A program made the position numbers and the translations under genes. From an uncultured delta proteobacterium (lineage in GTDB: Bacteria > Desulfobacterota > Desulfobacteria > Desulfobacterales > UBA2156): a stretch of 64,000 nt of DNA. The DNA is taken from positions 192,001 to 256,000 of the forward strand of contig CAVTQK010000021.1 of assembly GCA_963736855.1 (NCBI GenBank), written 5' to 3'. Positions 18,939-28,744 of this stretch are shown piece by piece (positions within the stretch are counted from its first letter, which is position 1; every line of letters starts with the position of its first letter). The notes below the pieces were generated by a model. It saw only the letters and a program-made list of their open reading frames with translations, was not told where the DNA came from and did not search any database.

Positions 18939-20498
18939 ATGGGTTTTTCAGGAAAAATCGGATACGTCGATTTAGGCAAGAGAACGGTGGACATCGTATC
19001 AGTTCCCTATGACTTGCGACGCAGGTTTTTGGGGGGCCGAGGAATCCATGCATATCTTTCCCTTCAGGGTCTTTGCAAAGAACCCAATCCTCCAAAATCA
19101 AAAAAAGTGATTGCACTGGGTTCGGGAGTCCTTTCAGGGTTCGGGGCGGGTCCCTTGGAATGCGCCGGATTTTCGACCCGTTTTCCGCTGACGGATCGAT
19201 ACGGTTTTGCAGCGATCCCCGGAGGATTCGGGGCCGGAATGCGATGGGCCGGATTCGATCATCTCGTAATTTCCGGCAGGGCTAAACGTCCTGTGTATCT
19301 CCTGCTCAAAGACAGCGGCGTTCAATTTTTAGATGCCGGGCACTTGAAAGGAAAAAGCATATCCGAATCCATCGAAATGATCCGGGATGAGATTAAAAGA
19401 TCGGATTTACATGCGGTGGTGATCGGTCCGGCAGGCGAAAACGGGGTGTACTTTGCCGATGCGGCAACGGAGGAAGGGTGGAGGTTCGGCAGGGCCGGAG
19501 CCGGAGCCGCACTTGGGAGTAAAAACATTAAAGCCGTCGTTTGCTGCGGTATCCGGGATGTTCCGGTGAAACATCCCGGAAAGCTTTTAAATCTGCTGAA
19601 AGAAATATTCGATGTCATGATTGCTTCCACTGACTCGGATTTGATCGACAAGAAGCCGGCGGGAGAGGATTTGCGGGTTTATTCGGCAACCCGGGAACTG
19701 GGAATGGATTATCAAACCAGCCTGGATGCTTTGACATGGGCCGAGCAATTGGCGAAATTCGGTCTTCTCCCGAAACAAACAAGTAAGCGCATGGGCATTT
19801 CTGTAAGTGAAAAAAATGACCCCACACCTTTTCTCATGCGGATCGCATCCGGAAAAGACTCGGCAGCTCCGTGGGGATGGGGGCCCTTGAAGGCGGCTGA
19901 AAAATTCGGGCATGAGAGTCTTAAATATTTCCCTTCATTGGAAGCCATTTTGCGGATCTATGCCGAGGAAGCTTTTGATCCGATGGATTCACGCCGGTGG
20001 ACTCTTTTTTCCCCGGATGGCGTTGTCTGCAAAGAAGGAAAATCAAAGACTCGGGGAATGCATGACCCGGAAAAGAAGGAACGGTCGCCGTTTCAGATCC
20101 ATGGAAGGACTTTGCCGGCGGAAACGGTGGAAAACCTCATCGCCAACTGCCTGGGAATCGGGACGTTGCGTCTTTCCCGGGACCCTGCCGGAGAAATTCA
20201 TCTGAAGACCTTCCGAAACATGGTTCATTTTTCAGTGGGATTGGAATTCAGCGAGACCGAACTGGTCGAAATTGCTTTTCGTACTTACGCCATGGAACAT
20301 CTGCTCAATGTTCGGGAAGCGGCGCGGGAATCGGTTACACCATCGATTTTTTTTAAATATTTTGACGGCGATGATCGAAAAAGGTTTAAAGCATTGATCA
20401 AAAAGACGGGCCTCAAAAGGGGATGTAAACGATCTCTATTAAAACGAGATGTTTTCAAAGAGCTTCAGATCGAAGATATATGGCCCTTGAAGCGATAG
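18939..20498 (+). CDS. Degenerate AOR-family paralog lacking Fe-S/catalytic motifs
   Basis: AOR N-domain motifs retained (FLGGRG, AGFDHLVISG, IGPAGENGV, GSKNIKAVV). No CxxCxxxC and no EY motif; DCLGIC is NCLGIG. Uninterrupted 519 aa frame. Confidence 0.8.
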   Translation: MGFSGKIGYVDLGKRTVDIVSVPYDLRRRFLGGRGIHAYLSLQGLCKEPNPPKSKKVIALGSGVLSGFGAGPLECAGFSTRFPLTDRYGFAAIPGGFGAGMRWAGFDHLVISGRAKRPVYLLLKDSGVQFLDAGHLKGKSISESIEMIRDEIKRSDLHAVVIGPAGENGVYFADAATEEGWRFGRAGAGAALGSKNIKAVVCCGIRDVPVKHPGKLLNLLKEIFDVMIASTDSDLIDKKPAGEDLRVYSATRELGMDYQTSLDALTWAEQLAKFGLLPKQTSKRMGISVSEKNDPTPFLMRIASGKDSAAPWGWGPLKAAEKFGHESLKYFPSLEAILRIYAEEAFDPMDSRRWTLFSPDGVVCKEGKSKTRGMHDPEKKERSPFQIHGRTLPAETVENLIANCLGIGTLRLSRDPAGEIHLKTFRNMVHFSVGLEFSETELVEIAFRTYAMEHLLNVREAARESVTPSIFFKYFDGDDRKRFKALIKKTGLKRGCKRSLLKRDVFKELQIEDIWPLKR

Positions 20499-20511
20499 CA
20501 GGAGGAAAGTT

Positions 20512-21009
20512 GTGGTTGAAAAAATACTCCAAATCGATCCTCAAAAATGCACGGGGTGCAGGCAGTGTGAAATCGTTTGCGCCATCCGGTGCAATGCGTC
20601 CGGAAATCCATCCGTGTCCCGCATCCGTGTTTTTGAATGGATGGAAAGCTCTTTTTTTATCCCGGTTGTTTGCCGGCAGTGTGAAGAGGCACCGTGCCTG
20701 GCGGCCTGTCCCAGGGAAACTATTTATCGTGACGAGCTTCTCAATCGCATCATGGTGGATTATGGGCGGTGCGTCAGCTGTCGGATGTGCGTGGCCGCAT
20801 GCCCCTTTGGTGCCATGGGATTTGATGCACCCAGACAGACGGTCTTCAAATGCGATCTTTGCGACGGGGATCCCCAATGTGTAAAATTTTGTTACCCCGG
20901 TGCCCTGAGTTATACCCGCCCTGAAGCCTTGCAGTACGAGCATATCCGTCATGCGGCAAGAAATCAGGCCGGAGTAAAGGAGAACAAGACATGTCATACT
21001 TTCGGGTAA
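20512..21009 (+). CDS. 4x[4Fe-4S] ferredoxin, paralog of 15091..15597
   Basis: CTGCRQCEIVC, CRQCEEAPCLAAC, CVSCRMCVAAC, KCDLCDGDPQCVKFC. Confidence 0.9.
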   Translation: MVEKILQIDPQKCTGCRQCEIVCAIRCNASGNPSVSRIRVFEWMESSFFIPVVCRQCEEAPCLAACPRETIYRDELLNRIMVDYGRCVSCRMCVAACPFGAMGFDAPRQTVFKCDLCDGDPQCVKFCYPGALSYTRPEALQYEHIRHAARNQAGVKENKTCHTFG

Positions 21010-21395
21010 ACGAACGGTGCAACGGTTGCCTGGCCTGCGTGGAGAACTGTCCTGCCGATGCCTTGAGCGCCCATGATTCCAAAGGGCACCGGACCCTCTT
21101 CCACAACATGGCTCGTTGTGCCAGATGCGGAACTTGCTGGCGGATATGTCCCCAAAACGCCATTGAGTTTGAGTATTTTTTGAAAGGAGATTGGGATACC
21201 GTTACGACATTGGATCTCGTCAGGTGTGACATTTGTGGCGACGTCCTCTACACGGCGCCTTTCAGCAAGACCGTGTCGGAAAAACTGAGCCGAGAGATGA
21301 AAGCCCTTTGCCCAAGACATCGGGAGTCCATCGACGCCGTCGCCCGTGCCGTATATTTTCCGGGATTGAAAGGGAAACACGAGGTGGTGTCATGA
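20991..21395 (+). CDS. 2x[4Fe-4S] ferredoxin-like protein with extra Cys/His motif
   Basis: CNGCLACVENCP, CARCGTCWRICP, plus CDIC...CPRH. Confidence 0.85.
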   Translation: MSYFRVNERCNGCLACVENCPADALSAHDSKGHRTLFHNMARCARCGTCWRICPQNAIEFEYFLKGDWDTVTTLDLVRCDICGDVLYTAPFSKTVSEKLSREMKALCPRHRESIDAVARAVYFPGLKGKHEVVS

Positions 21396-22066
21396 TCGTC
21401 GGGGATTTAAAGCCGATTGATGAAATTATCTCCATGATCGACGGTTATCGGAAGATCCTGGTTCTCGGTTGCGGAAGCTGTGTCACCGTTTGTCTTTCCG
21501 GAGGAGAGCGCGAGGCCCGGCAACTGGTCCGGGAGATTTCCCACCCGATGCATTATGTGGGGGATCCCCCTGAATTTTCGGCGGGATCCATCCTGCGGCA
21601 GTGCGAACAGGATCTGGTTGCTTCCTACCAGAAAATAGAACCGGGTACGGATGCCGTGTTATCCTTGGCGTGCGGAGCCGGTGTACAGACCATGGCGGAT
21701 GCCTTCGAACCGCTTACCATTCTGCCGGCCATCAACACGACCTTTTTCGGAGCGTCCTCAAAGCCTGGAACATGGAGCGAGGTCTGCCGGGGGTGCGGGA
21801 ATTGCGTGCTTTCCCATACCGGCGGAATCTGCCCCATTGCACGATGTGCCAAGAGCCTGTTCAATGGACCGTGCGGGGGATCGCAAAACGGAGCCTGCGA
21901 GGTCGACCCGAACACACCTTGTGCCTGGATGATGATCTATTACCGATTGAAGATGCAAAACAAACTTCATCTCCTTAACGAAATGCGTCCACCCCGGGAT
22001 TGGCGGAACGGAGGCGGTTCCGGCCCTCGTTCGCGGATTCGCACCGGTGTCGGCGATCCTCAATAA
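21392..22066 (+). CDS. MetV-like protein (methylene-THF reductase C-terminal-domain family)
   Basis: GCGSCVTVCLSGGE, RQCE, LACGAGVQ, CRGCGNC, GICPIARCAKSLFNGPCGG, CEV, CAW. ATGA overlap with the upstream gene. Confidence 0.85.
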   Translation: MIVGDLKPIDEIISMIDGYRKILVLGCGSCVTVCLSGGEREARQLVREISHPMHYVGDPPEFSAGSILRQCEQDLVASYQKIEPGTDAVLSLACGAGVQTMADAFEPLTILPAINTTFFGASSKPGTWSEVCRGCGNCVLSHTGGICPIARCAKSLFNGPCGGSQNGACEVDPNTPCAWMMIYYRLKMQNKLHLLNEMRPPRDWRNGGGSGPRSRIRTGVGDPQ

Positions 22067-23079
22067 TAACCCTCAGGTGATGCCTTACCCCGGAATGTAT
22101 AGAAGCTATAGGCGGTATAGCCTAAAACCATGGGAAGCAAAAAGAGGGTACCCGCTAATAACAGGGATTGAGATTGCGGAGCTGCAGCCGCTTCCCACAA
22201 CGTGAATCGAAAAGGAACGATCCAGGGCCAAAGACTGATGCCCAACCCGAGATAGTTCATCAAGAAGATGCCGATGCTCAGGAAAAAGGGCCGGTACTCT
22301 TTCTTTCGGCGTAAGTCCCTCCACAAAAGTAAAAACATGCCAAAAGCCAGCAAGGGAAGGGGAGCCAGGTAAAAGAGGTTGGGGAGGCTGAACCACAAGG
22401 TTTTGATGTTTTTGTTAATCAACGGCGTACTCAGAGTGACCAGGCCCATGAACAAGGCCACACAAGCGCAGATGGAGCCGGTGTAATTGCGGGCCCATTC
22501 CTGGGTTTCTCCATCGGTTTTCATAATTATCCAGGTGGCCCCCAACAGCGCATATCCGAAGACCAGGGCTGCGCCCGTCATCAAAGCAAAAGGACTTACC
22601 CAGTCGAGTGCGCCGCCGGCAAAACGACGTCCTTCTACCGCGATCCCCTGCACAAAGGTTCCCAAAACCACCCCCTGCATGAATGCGGCTGTAAGCGATC
22701 CGAGGTGAAAGGCATGATTCCATGCTTTTCTTGACCACCCCGAAGCCTTGAAGCGAAATTCGAAAGCCACGCCACGAAAGATCAGCCCCAGCAGCATGAA
22801 GATGATGGGAAGGTAAAAGGCCGGCATCAGGACGGCATAGGCCAAGGGAAAGGCGGCAAAAAGACCGCCGCCGCCGAGGACGAGCCAGGTTTCGTTTCCG
22901 TCCCAGAAAGGGGCGATGGAATTCATCATCTGATCCCGGGATTGATCCGATGGGGCAAACGGAAATAGGATTCCTACACCCAGATCGAAGCCGTCGAGGA
23001 GAACATATAAAAAGACGGCGGTTCCGATGAGTGCGTACCAGATGAGGGGTAAATCCAGGATATTTTCAAAACTAAACAT
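22060..23079 (-). CDS. cydB: Cytochrome bd quinol oxidase subunit II
   Basis: LDGFDLGVG, PFWDGNETWL, RGVAFEFR. Confidence 0.95.
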   Translation of the reverse strand: MFSFENILDLPLIWYALIGTAVFLYVLLDGFDLGVGILFPFAPSDQSRDQMMNSIAPFWDGNETWLVLGGGGLFAAFPLAYAVLMPAFYLPIIFMLLGLIFRGVAFEFRFKASGWSRKAWNHAFHLGSLTAAFMQGVVLGTFVQGIAVEGRRFAGGALDWVSPFALMTGAALVFGYALLGATWIIMKTDGETQEWARNYTGSICACVALFMGLVTLSTPLINKNIKTLWFSLPNLFYLAPLPLLAFGMFLLLWRDLRRKKEYRPFFLSIGIFLMNYLGLGISLWPWIVPFRFTLWEAAAAPQSQSLLLAGTLFLLPMVLGYTAYSFYTFRGKASPEGYY

Positions 23080-24475
23080 GGAATCCTCCCGATTCTTGGC
23101 TCCTATCCCCGACCAGCAAGGGTTTTTTAAGACCATGGGCTCCGAAGGAGGCATCTTCCGGGATATCCGGGCCTTTCATGATCAGCTTTAAGATGTAATA
23201 GGTTCCCGCGCCGAAGATGATCGTGTAGACCAGGACAAACGCTCCGAGTGACAAGGCAACGGGGCCGGATCCTACCGGAGAAACCGAATCGGCAGTCCGC
23301 ATCACATTGTAGACGATGAAGGGCTGTCTGCCGATTTCCGTGACACACCACCCGGTCAGCACGGCTAAAAATCCCGAAGGCGTCAAGGCCATACACCAGA
23401 GCTGAAACCATCGGGTGTCAAAAAGTCTTTTTCGCCAAAAAAGGATCAAGGACGCAATACCGGTGGCAATCATGAGCAAACCGATCCCCACCATGATCCG
23501 AAACGACCAGAAAATCCAGGCCACGGGCGGCCGATCTTCAGACGGCCACTCCTTGAGCCCTTTCACTTCGCCGTTGAAATCATGGGTGAGGATCAGGCTG
23601 GACAACTTGGGGACTTCCAGAGAGAAAAGGGTCGTCTCTTTTTTCTGGTCAGGCCAGCCGAAGAGTTTCAGGGGGGCTCCACGCTGGGTTTCCCAGAGCC
23701 CTTCCATGGCGGAAACCTTGGCCGGCTGATGCTCCAGGGTGTTTAAACCATGAAGGTCTCCGAAGAAAAGCTGCAACGGAGCCACAAACACGGCCATGAT
23801 CATAGCCATGCCGAACATCACCCGGGCGGAACCCTCGTGACGCCTGCGCCACAGATAATAGGCCCCGACACCCCCCACAACGAATGCGGTGGTGAGATAT
23901 GCCGCCGTGACCATATGAACGAATCGATAGGGAAAAGACGGATTAAAAATGATATGGATCCAATTCGTGGGGTAAAAGATGTCATCCGATCCCTTGATAA
24001 ACCCTTGGGGCGTCTGCATCCAGCTATTAGCCGAAAGAATCCAGAAGGCGCTGATCAGCGTGCCGGCGGCCACAATCACCGTGGCGCCAAAGTGGGCCTT
24101 TTTTCCTACCCGTTTCCATCCAAAGAGCATGATGCCTAGAAACGACGCTTCCAGGAAGAACGCCGTCAGGACTTCAAAACCCAGCAGGGGGCCGAGAATG
24201 TTACCCGTACGGTCCGAAAAGGCCGACCAATTGGTGCCGAACTGGTAAGAAAGCACCACCCCTGAAACCACCCCCATGCCGAAATTAACAGCAAATATTT
24301 TCACCCACATTCGGTAGACCGATTCATAAACCGGGTTGCCGGTCTTCAGCCAGAGCCATTCCACGACAGCCAGCCAGCTGGCGACACCGATGGTAAAGGC
24401 CGGAAACAGGATATGGAAGGATACGGTGAAAGCGAACTGAAGTCGTGCCAAAAAGACGGGGTCGAACAGGTTCAT
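23072..24475 (-). CDS. cydA: Cytochrome bd quinol oxidase subunit I (short Q-loop, CioA-like)
   Basis: ARLQFAFTVSFHILFP, QFGTNW, ANSWMQTP, QPAKVSAMEG, EIGRQP. Confidence 0.95.
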   Translation of the reverse strand: MNLFDPVFLARLQFAFTVSFHILFPAFTIGVASWLAVVEWLWLKTGNPVYESVYRMWVKIFAVNFGMGVVSGVVLSYQFGTNWSAFSDRTGNILGPLLGFEVLTAFFLEASFLGIMLFGWKRVGKKAHFGATVIVAAGTLISAFWILSANSWMQTPQGFIKGSDDIFYPTNWIHIIFNPSFPYRFVHMVTAAYLTTAFVVGGVGAYYLWRRRHEGSARVMFGMAMIMAVFVAPLQLFFGDLHGLNTLEHQPAKVSAMEGLWETQRGAPLKLFGWPDQKKETTLFSLEVPKLSSLILTHDFNGEVKGLKEWPSEDRPPVAWIFWSFRIMVGIGLLMIATGIASLILFWRKRLFDTRWFQLWCMALTPSGFLAVLTGWCVTEIGRQPFIVYNVMRTADSVSPVGSGPVALSLGAFVLVYTIIFGAGTYYILKLIMKGPDIPEDASFGAHGLKKPLLVGDRSQESGGFHV

Positions 24476-24781
24476 GGTATTACCTCTTTACCTATCGGTT
24501 GGGAGGATGCTGATTTCTAAAAAACCGGGAAGTAGATTTATACTTCAAATATGTCCTAAAATCGAGATTTTTCCTTTTCCATAGAGGGCGCTGTCTCTGG
24601 TGATCGGAAAAATTGACATCGGCAGCGGATCGGTGATAATGACTTCAGAGGTTTTTATTGTCAAAGCTTCCTTACCAAGAGCTGACATCGAAGCTGCTTA
24701 TATCTATGGCATCCATAGACCGGGGAAGTAGTGCATCTTTATCTTCATAATTAATCGAGCGCAGGAATCAGGAGGCCCGCG

Positions 24782-25357
24782 ATGAACATTGAAACACCGA
24801 CCCGGCAGGAAGCCCATGATCTGCTGCTTAAGTATAATCAAAGTGAAAGCCTGATCAAGCACGCCCTGGCCGTGGAGGGGGTGATGCGCCATTTCGCCAG
24901 GAAGTTCGGCGGGGACGAGGAGAAATGGGGTATCATCGGCCTGGTTCATGATCTGGACTATGAGCAGTTTCCAACTGTCCATTGCAAAAAAAGCGAGGAA
25001 ATCCTTAGGGAAGCCGGCTGGCCGGAAGAGTATGTCCGGGCTGTCATCAGCCACGGATGGGGGATCTGTACCGACATTGAGCCCAAGACGACCCTGGAGA
25101 AGGTTCTCTTTGCCGTCGATGAACTGACCGGGCTGGTGGTCACTTCTGCGCTGGTGAGACCCTCGAAAAGCGTGATGGACATGGAGGCCAAATCGGTCAG
25201 GAAGAAATGGAAGGACAGGCGCTTTGCAGCCGGTGTGAACCGGGAGATCATCGAAAAAGGCGCAGCGCTTTTAGGTATGGACTTGACGGAACTCATCACG
25301 GAGACGATCCTTGGAATGCGAAATGTGGCCGGGGAGATCGGCTTGAAAGGATTATAG
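24782..25357 (+). CDS. HD-domain (HDIG-type) hydrolase
   Basis: KHALAVE, HDLDYE, SHG, DELTG motifs. Confidence 0.85.
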   Translation: MNIETPTRQEAHDLLLKYNQSESLIKHALAVEGVMRHFARKFGGDEEKWGIIGLVHDLDYEQFPTVHCKKSEEILREAGWPEEYVRAVISHGWGICTDIEPKTTLEKVLFAVDELTGLVVTSALVRPSKSVMDMEAKSVRKKWKDRRFAAGVNREIIEKGAALLGMDLTELITETILGMRNVAGEIGLKGL

Positions 25358-26779
25358 GGGGCGATCCGGAAAGATCACCCGGGCTCCGTGGAGATACCCT
25401 GAATATCGAGGGCTTTGTATCGGGCATACGGAAAAGAATAGGGTCGCCGGGACCGACTGACCGGTACGGGGATCCTCCGGGGCGAACACTTTTACCGCAG
25501 CCTCTTCGCCCACGATGGCAACTCCCGCAAAATCCAATCGGCTTTCTTCTGAGGTGACGGCTACCTCCCCTTCGATCCTACCGCCGGTGACGACGATTTC
25601 CGAACGGCAGGCAGTGAGGGCCGTCTTGTTTGGGCCGATGCGGCTGTTTTCGATAATCACCGAGGATTCCAGAATCCTGACAGAAGAGGTCCGGACATTA
25701 TTCAGCAGGACGGATCGGCAATTGGTGATTTCGATGGCATCGTAGGATCCTTCAAATACCGTGCCGGATTGATCTTGGCATCTGCCGGTTCCCTTGGAAG
25801 GTCCGGCAAAGGATTCAGCGGTTTCCGTCACCCGAGTTTTGGGAAGAGGCTTTTGCGGTTCGCTGAGAAACGCGAGAACGGTCCTTGCGAATTCTTTGGG
25901 TTGCTCCTTCATCAACACATGCCCTGCGCCTTTCATCCACTCCAGGCGCGCATCCGGAATCTGAGAAGCCAAAAGGGTGGCTGTTCTAGGCGGCGCGATA
26001 TTGTCCTGAGTTCCCCAGATAATAAGGGTAGGGGTGAGGATCCGGCTAATGAGGGGGCTGAAATCTTCCACCGCAGTGGCAAAGGCGGCTATGCGGATTG
26101 GATCGGCTTGCAGAAATTTTTCACGGGTCAGCGGCGTAAAAAGGATCCATGCGTCGGGTATCGATTTTCCCGCCGCCCGGCGCAGTACCGCCTCCGCGAT
26201 CCGGTCCAGAAAGGCATCCTGCTGAGGAAAGATATCCGGGAGCAGGCGGCTGCCGCTCTGGGCAAGGAAACGGGAATAGACCTGCCGGTGGAGGATCCCA
26301 GGCACCGAAGCAAGGACCAGGCGAGACACATTCCGAGGATGTGCGGCGGTGTAACACAGGGCGACGGCGCCTCCCATGGAGTGGCCAACGAGGTGCACGG
26401 GTCCTTTTGCAAATTGCGGCAGAAGGAATTCCATCAACTCGGCATACCGGGACGGAGAGTATAGGTCATTTCCAGTGTCAGATTGACCGAAACCGGGAAG
26501 GTCAAATGCCAAAACGTGAAATTTTTGGGCTAACTCCGGGAAGATCTCTTCCCAGTCTCTCGAAGCCGAAGTACCCAGGCCGTGTATCAGAACCACGGTC
26601 TTTAAGTGATGACGGCCTGCCTCCTGCACATATACGCGGCCGTTAAAGATCGGTTCCGGTACAAGGCTTTCTCTTCGATCCTGAATCTCTCCGACGGACG
26701 TGCCGAAGGATGATACAGGAAAAAATACCACCCATAACAAAGGGAATATCCCTAATGTCCGTATCAAAGATTCAAGCAT
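25352..26779 (-). CDS. Secreted alpha/beta hydrolase with C-terminal beta-rich extension (start uncertain)
   Basis: HGLG, DLPGFG, GHSMGG, WGTQD, AGH catalytic-triad motifs; N-terminal hydrophobic signal. Confidence 0.8.
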   Translation of the reverse strand: MLESLIRTLGIFPLLWVVFFPVSSFGTSVGEIQDRRESLVPEPIFNGRVYVQEAGRHHLKTVVLIHGLGTSASRDWEEIFPELAQKFHVLAFDLPGFGQSDTGNDLYSPSRYAELMEFLLPQFAKGPVHLVGHSMGGAVALCYTAAHPRNVSRLVLASVPGILHRQVYSRFLAQSGSRLLPDIFPQQDAFLDRIAEAVLRRAAGKSIPDAWILFTPLTREKFLQADPIRIAAFATAVEDFSPLISRILTPTLIIWGTQDNIAPPRTATLLASQIPDARLEWMKGAGHVLMKEQPKEFARTVLAFLSEPQKPLPKTRVTETAESFAGPSKGTGRCQDQSGTVFEGSYDAIEITNCRSVLLNNVRTSSVRILESSVIIENSRIGPNKTALTACRSEIVVTGGRIEGEVAVTSEESRLDFAGVAIVGEEAAVKVFAPEDPRTGQSVPATLFFSVCPIQSPRYSGYLHGARVIFPDRPL

Positions 26780-27740
26780 CTTCCGCATCTGCGTCGAAGA
26801 GGATGTCGACTGCCTGTTTTGCGGCAGAGAAGGGGTCAATCCGTCTTTTTTCAAGGGCCGCAAATAGAGTATCCAGTTTCTTTTTCTGCTGAAGCCGGGT
26901 CAGGGCTTTTTGTAAAAGCGCCTGCTGCAGGGCATTGAAGAAGGCGGCCCTGAGGCCTTTAGAATGAGTTTTTTCACCAGGATGTTTTTGGATATAATTG
27001 TAATGTTCAGAAATGGCGTCAATCAGGGTATCGATTCCCTGGTCTTTAACCGCTTCGGTTTTCAGGACCGGGGGCTTCCACCTCTTTTGAGATGAGACGC
27101 CCATCGCAAAAAGCGCCTTCATGTCGGCCGCCGTGCTGTCGGCGCCTTTCAGATCGGCCTTGTTCACTACCAGAATGGAGGCCGTTTCCAGGATCCCGGC
27201 TTTAATGGCCTGAATGCCATCCCCCATCCCGGGAATGACCACTAAAATGCTGGTATCGGCCAGATCCGTGATCTCTACCGCGTCCTGGCCGACCCCAACG
27301 GTTTCCACGATGATGATTTCCTTTCCCATGGCGTCCAGCACCGACACCATATCGTAAAGGGAACGGGAGAGTCCTCCGACGTGGCCGCGGGTAGCCAGGC
27401 TCCGGATAAAGACCCCCGGATCCGTGGCATGACGCTGCATCCGTATCCGATCTCCTAGAATGGCCCCCCCGGAGACCGGGCTCGTGGGATCTACTGCCAG
27501 GACGCCGACGGTCGTTCCTTTTTTTCTGTAACCGGCAATGAGGCGATCCACCAGGGTTGATTTTCCGGCTCCCGGGGGTCCGGTGATGCCGACAATGTGG
27601 GCCTTTCCGGTGTGCGGGAAAAGTGCCTTGACGGTTTCCAGGGCCAGAGGCGATTGTTCATCGATTTCCCGCATGAGCCTGGCTACTGCCCGGACATCGC
27701 CCTTTAATATAGACTCCATCATCGTTTCTGACTTTTCCAC
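26772..27740 (-). CDS. meaB: MeaB/ArgK-family GTPase chaperone of B12-dependent mutases
   Basis: GPPGAGKST, AVDPTSP, GDRIRM, ETVGVGQ, KAGILE, NKAD. Confidence 0.9.
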   Translation of the reverse strand: MEKSETMMESILKGDVRAVARLMREIDEQSPLALETVKALFPHTGKAHIVGITGPPGAGKSTLVDRLIAGYRKKGTTVGVLAVDPTSPVSGGAILGDRIRMQRHATDPGVFIRSLATRGHVGGLSRSLYDMVSVLDAMGKEIIIVETVGVGQDAVEITDLADTSILVVIPGMGDGIQAIKAGILETASILVVNKADLKGADSTAADMKALFAMGVSSQKRWKPPVLKTEAVKDQGIDTLIDAISEHYNYIQKHPGEKTHSKGLRAAFFNALQQALLQKALTRLQQKKKLDTLFAALEKRRIDPFSAAKQAVDILFDADAEDA

Positions 27741-27953
27741 CGCCCCGGTGATCCTTTCGGGAAAGCCTCATTCGATGCCCGTTTTTAACGAAAACACGGA
27801 TAAATTGCAATTGGGGACAAGAATTTCCTTTTCGATGCCGAAAGCGCAGGACACCAGACGGTTCGGGGATTGACGAGAAGAGGGGATCCGGCTTATAAAA
27901 ACATACCGCCTTGCGAAGGTGTTCCTGCTTTTTCATTAAAAAAAGGAGATGCC

Positions 27954-28478
27954 ATGGATCTTTCTGTTTTTGAAAAAATGGACCGGTCCGATCTGATGAA
28001 GTACATAAAGTTTTTGCTTTGGCACTACCGGGTCATGGATGCCTTCTGGTTCATCTATGTCGGGGAGCGCTTCGACCAGCCCACAGCCGAGCGGATCAAC
28101 GAGCAGGTCTGGAGCCGGGTTTCGGCCATGGCCGCAAAAGACCTGATCACCCGGTTCGATATTCGGGAAAAGGGCCTTGAAGGGTTTATTCAGGCATTGC
28201 GGTATTTTCCATGGTGTATCCTGGTAGGATACCGCATCGAGAAGGAGAACGATGTCGTGACGATTTCCGTACCGTCGTGTCCCACCCAGGAAGCCCGGCT
28301 GAAAAGGGGCCTGTCGGAATTCGTTTGCAAGGAAATGCATCGGGGTGAGTTTGCCAATTTTGCCCGGGTGGTGGATGATCGGATTCAGGTCGAATGCCTT
28401 TTTGCGCCCCCGGATCCCCATCCGAAGGAAATGTTTTGCAAGTGGCGGTTTTTTTTAAACGATCAACCGGAAAAATAG
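27954..28478 (+). CDS. Hypothetical protein (DUF6125/V4R-like ligand-binding fold)
   Basis: [37 protein letters not shown]...CKWRF. Confidence 0.65.
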   Translation: MDLSVFEKMDRSDLMKYIKFLLWHYRVMDAFWFIYVGERFDQPTAERINEQVWSRVSAMAAKDLITRFDIREKGLEGFIQALRYFPWCILVGYRIEKENDVVTISVPSCPTQEARLKRGLSEFVCKEMHRGEFANFARVVDDRIQVECLFAPPDPHPKEMFCKWRFFLNDQPEK

Positions 28479-28744
28479 CCGTTCCACTTGCCTTTGAATC
28501 TCTCAGTCATTTAACGGTAGCCTTCGGCTTTTTTCATATATCGGTGAAACACAAAAACAGGGTCTGGTGAGGCTTCCAAACCAACGGCATTTTGGAGCCG
28601 AAGATCCGGCCACGGTTTCATTTCAACAGGGAAGACGTTTCTGAGTCGTGAAGGATGTCCGGCGGATTCTCCATGTATCTGATCAATTTCAATTTTTACC
28701 GAAGCCCGGGAATGGCCCCCTATGGAATCCGGGATGATTGAACG

